Of a DNA stretch of 59,012 nt, positions 55,663 through 59,012 are shown piece after piece. The translations under genes were made by a program, and so were the position numbers. The DNA comes from Candidatus Daviesbacteria bacterium (lineage in GTDB: Bacteria > Patescibacteriota > Microgenomatia > Daviesbacterales > UBA10151), in NCBI GenBank assembly GCA_016195715.1, contig JACPZA010000032.1:1-59012 (forward strand), read 5' to 3'. The stretch's first letter is position 1. Every line of letters begins with the position of its first letter. The notes under the pieces are model-generated. The model saw nothing but the letters and a program-made list of their open reading frames with translations. It searched no databases and was not told the origin of the DNA.

Positions 55663-58600
55663 GTGTACAAAAGACTGAAAGCTGCTGAAAAAATTAATCT
55701 TATTCAAAGAGTTAAGCTAGGAGAGAAGATTTCCAAGGTATGTAAAGAGGTAGGTATATCTAGAACTATTTTTTACTCTTGGCAAAACCAATATCAAAAT
55801 TCTTCTAGTAAAAATCGAGTTTTCAGTTCAGAAGACACTAAGCAATATAGTCACCCTAGAAAAATTTCCAGGAAAATCGAAAACCAGGTTATCAAATTTG
55901 CTATCAATAACCCGGATCTTTCTATAAATAAAAATAGTCTTCAAACAAAGGTGAGTGTTTTTACTATTTGGAAGATTCTTAAAAAATATAACCTAGATAC
56001 CAAATCAAAAAGACAAGCTTACAGAGAGCGGAATGGTAGCAAACTTATCCAGGAAGTGGATTTCAACACTAGAGTTATGCTTGTTCGCCGTTATCTTGCC
56101 GGAGAGAATGTGACTAAAATCTGCACAGACTCACATATTTCCAGAACTCTTTTTTATCGTTTACTAAAAAGGTATCAACTGGCAGGTGATCAGGATCAAA
56201 ATAAGGCCTTAAAAAGCCTAAGACCAAAAGGAGTAAAACACTGGCGTTATAATCCTGAAGTTGAAAATTTAGTCCTAAGAGAAGTTATAAATAAACCAGA
56301 GTTGTCAGTCCATAAAATAAGCCAGAAAGTAAATGAGCAGGCAGGCAAAAGAGTTGTCAGCAGCTTTGGAGTATATAACATTCTAAAAAGACACAACTTG
56401 AATACTTATGAATATAGGCTACGCTTTGCAAATCAAACTATTGAGGCTAAAGCTCTGCCAAGAGCAGAACAACCAGCGACGATGACAGATTCAGCTTATC
56501 GATCACAATCAATCTCGACCATTCCTCCTCCTAATAAAATCTCACAATTCACAAGAGTCAGTTTAGCTCAAGCTACCCTAGGGATCTTTTCGGGTTTGTT
56601 GGTGGGAATTGTAGGATTTGGTTTTTATTCATTAATCATTTTAATTATTCATGGGCCAACTCTAGCTCATTCAATTGGGATTTTTTTAGCCTCTATCTCA
56701 TTGATCATTGGCTTATTTTTCTTAATTTATTCCTTAAAATACTATTTTACTATTGCAGTTATTCTATCTTACTCACGTCAACTGATAGATTCAGAAAAGC
56801 CTAACAACTTAGAAACTAATATATCAAACTATTACAACAAAGGAGTTGGATTGATACCAGATTTATCAGCAATTGATTTATCTAGAAAGCCATTTATCTC
56901 TATCCATCTAGCTACATATAATGAAACAAAAGTCATTGATAGACTACTTACTGCAGCTACCTCCATGGAGTATGAAAACTATGAAGTAATATTAGCTGAT
57001 GATTCTACAGATGAAACATTAGAGATATTAAAGAAATGGACAAATCACCCCAGAGTCAAGATAGTCCATAGACCAAACAGAGAAGGCTACAAAGGTGGAG
57101 CATTAGGTTATGCCCTAAAACAAACTAATCCCAAAGCTGAGTTTGTAATTATCTTTGATGCAGATTTCATTCCCTATCCTGATACCATCATCCAGTTTCT
57201 AAAGTACTTCCAATCAGTAGCTGGTGGTTTAGATCCAAAACAAATTCATCAAACTAACATTGCAGCTATCCAAGGTTATCAATGGCATGTACTAAACAAA
57301 TCAGAAAACTGGATCACCAGAGGTGTTAGATCTGAATATGCTGGTAGCTATGTTATTGAAAGATCAGGTATTGAGATCTACTCAGGGCTAAAACAGATAG
57401 CAGGATCTGTTTATATGATCCGAGCTGATGTATTAAAAAAGATTGGCTGGGGTAGATCAATTACTGAGGACTTTGAGCTAACTTTAAAGATGTATCAAGC
57501 TGGTTACAAGGTAGTCTTTACTCCATATATCCAAGCTCCAGCTGAAGCTGTCTCTACCATTAAAAGATTAATTAGGCAAAGAATGAGATGGGCAGAGGGT
57601 CATTCCCATAATATTAGGAAAATGTTTTGGCAACTAGTTAAAAGCTCTAATTTAACAGTTCCAGAAAAGCTAGAATTTGCTTATCTTTCTCCATATTATT
57701 TGCAATCTTTTTTCTTTATTGTAGGAACTCTATCTTGGTTTTTAGCTGAGGTAGTTTTTCAAGCTGGTCTGCCTTTTTGGACAGCTATTTGGGGATGGAG
57801 CTTGGTTTTTACTAACTTGCTGGCTCTGCCTTTGATGAATATAGTTGGATTGTTTCTAGAAGAGTCAAATGAAAAAGATTATTTAGGAATCTTTTCCTTT
57901 GTAGTCTTATCTTATGTGGTAGCTCCTTTTCAAGGCTATGCTGCGGTTAAAGGATTTTTAGAGAAAGAGGAAGGAACCTGGTTTAGGACACCAAAAACTG
58001 GTCGAATCACAGATATCTATACCAAGGGAAGGTTTTATCGATATATCTTTGGAATTTTTGGTAAATCAGTTTTTTCTAAAGGTAATTTAAAAGCTTCTCA
58101 AACTCTATCTTATGCAAATCAATTAGCTACAAATCAGCTTCCAGCTGGCAATACTTATGTCAACTTAAAAACTTCAGCCAATAGTTTTAGTTCTTTTACT
58201 ATTAAAAAATCTAAAAAATTCTGGTGGATAGGAAAAGTAGCTTTGTCAACTTTGCTGATTGTCTCAACAACTCTACTTTATTTATCTCGCAACGTTAAAT
58301 TAGTTTATGCTACTAACTGGTCTAGTCCCCTTAAACTAGATACTGGTGCCGGAGAAGGCACTTTTCCTTCATTTGGCAATTATTTATCAAACAGTACTAC
58401 TTATGGTGCCGGAGATATTTACGTTGGTCGGAGAAATCAATTTAACTCTGGAACTAATAACTATGTTTGGTACACTAACCTTTGGCCAACTGGCACAATT
58501 AATGCCAATATCCCAGGCGGAAATTACTATATTCAGCTGGTTAAAAGTGGAAACAGTGCTACTACCAATACTGCAAATCTTTTTATGCAGCTTTTATTAT

Positions 58601-59012
58601 CAAACAATGACGGAACTGATCGGGCTCAACTATTAAGCAATTCCTTTCAGCTAGCTACTACTAATGCAGATAATACAGTATTTCAATTTCTATTAGGCAA
58701 TGCCGCTGGTAATAATATTGTCTCAACAGCTCAAAATCGTTTGAGTTATAGATTTGGACTATCCAATGGTTTTAGTACCTCAAATACGCCTTTTATTAAT
58801 TTTTTAATTAATAATAGTGGTGCAGAATCTACTTTAATTACTCCAGCTAATATTACAGTTCCAGAGATACCTAAAAAGGTTATCTTTTTTGCCATGATTA
58901 TTATACTGCCAATTGCTCCAGCTTTAGTTTCAGGTAGGTTTAGAAGACCCAAACGGGGTATCTTTGAAGAGGCGAGTCTGGCTTGGCTTGATCTAATAAG
59001 AAGACTAACAGG
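55663..59012 (+). CDS. More than 1116-aa fusion, 3'-truncated by the window: two IS481-like HTH modules, TMs, processive GT2 glycosyltransferase, extracellular domain, VPE-TM
   Basis: Hand translation from GTG at 55663 shows no stop to the window end. Motifs: ADDS, FDAD (DAD 57157-57165), TED (57463-57471), QRMRW (57577-57591), WFRTPKTG. Confidence 0.88.
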   Translation, partial: MYKRLKAAEKINLIQRVKLGEKISKVCKEVGISRTIFYSWQNQYQNSSSKNRVFSSEDTKQYSHPRKISRKIENQVIKFAINNPDLSINKNSLQTKVSVFTIWKILKKYNLDTKSKRQAYRERNGSKLIQEVDFNTRVMLVRRYLAGENVTKICTDSHISRTLFYRLLKRYQLAGDQDQNKALKSLRPKGVKHWRYNPEVENLVLREVINKPELSVHKISQKVNEQAGKRVVSSFGVYNILKRHNLNTYEYRLRFANQTIEAKALPRAEQPATMTDSAYRSQSISTIPPPNKISQFTRVSLAQATLGIFSGLLVGIVGFGFYSLIILIIHGPTLAHSIGIFLASISLIIGLFFLIYSLKYYFTIAVILSYSRQLIDSEKPNNLETNISNYYNKGVGLIPDLSAIDLSRKPFISIHLATYNETKVIDRLLTAATSMEYENYEVILADDSTDETLEILKKWTNHPRVKIVHRPNREGYKGGALGYALKQTNPKAEFVIIFDADFIPYPDTIIQFLKYFQSVAGGLDPKQIHQTNIAAIQGYQWHVLNKSENWITRGVRSEYAGSYVIERSGIEIYSGLKQIAGSVYMIRADVLKKIGWGRSITEDFELTLKMYQAGYKVVFTPYIQAPAEAVSTIKRLIRQRMRWAEGHSHNIRKMFWQLVKSSNLTVPEKLEFAYLSPYYLQSFFFIVGTLSWFLAEVVFQAGLPFWTAIWGWSLVFTNLLALPLMNIVGLFLEESNEKDYLGIFSFVVLSYVVAPFQGYAAVKGFLEKEEGTWFRTPKTGRITDIYTKGRFYRYIFGIFGKSVFSKGNLKASQTLSYANQLATNQLPAGNTYVNLKTSANSFSSFTIKKSKKFWWIGKVALSTLLIVSTTLLYLSRNVKLVYATNWSSPLKLDTGAGEGTFPSFGNYLSNSTTYGAGDIYVGRRNQFNSGTNNYVWYTNLWPTGTINANIPGGNYYIQLVKSGNSATTNTANLFMQLLLSNNDGTDRAQLLSNSFQLATTNADNTVFQFLLGNAAGNNIVSTAQNRLSYRFGLSNGFSTSNTPFINFLINNSGAESTLITPANITVPEIPKKVIFFAMIIILPIAPALVSGRFRRPKRGIFEEASLAWLDLIRRLT

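Noticed and set aside
55663-56420. Autonomous IS481/IS3 insertion sequence
   Set aside because: No DDE domain, terminal inverted repeats or target duplication; the HTHs run in-frame into the glycosyltransferase.
58346-58952. ORF-track entries 58346..58636 and 58746..58952
   Set aside because: They are alternative-frame shadows of the long edge-truncated ORF starting at 55663.

Overview
A 59 kb chromosomal window from an AT-rich bacterium using the standard code (TGA is a stop). The 16S signatures (GTGCCAGAAGCCTCGG, GATTAGAGACC, very short V1) and gene content point to CPR/Patescibacteria, Microgenomates; finer placement such as Daviesbacteria-like is inference. It holds an intein-interrupted ATP-dependent DNA ligase, a folate-salvage-like operon, repair and housekeeping genes (EndoQ-like, pth, idi, uppS, pgk, gap, rpsA, radA), and many secreted or membrane proteins. 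The RNA genes are a solitary 16S with a LAGLIDADG-bearing group I intron, a separate tRNA-Ala/23S/5S locus about 16 kb away, tRNA-Cys and tRNA-Ile. Regulators include an OmpR-type two-component system with a visible regulon and a sigma70/LuxR cluster. The ORF track misses several features, which I translated by hand. Main novelties: (1) an 82-nt GC-rich structured element inserted in-frame, in opposite orientations, in two unrelated genes, with three compensatory base-pair changes between copies; (2) an ORF of more than 1116 aa running off the right edge that fuses tandem IS481-like HTH modules to a processive GT2 synthase and an extracellular domain; (3) a sigma70 remnant joining region 1.2 to region 4 across a frameshift; (4) glycoside hydrolases and a sulfatase carrying pilin-like class III signal peptides; (5) a frameshifted paralog of a coiled-coil membrane protein. 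No CRISPR array or intact transposase was seen.
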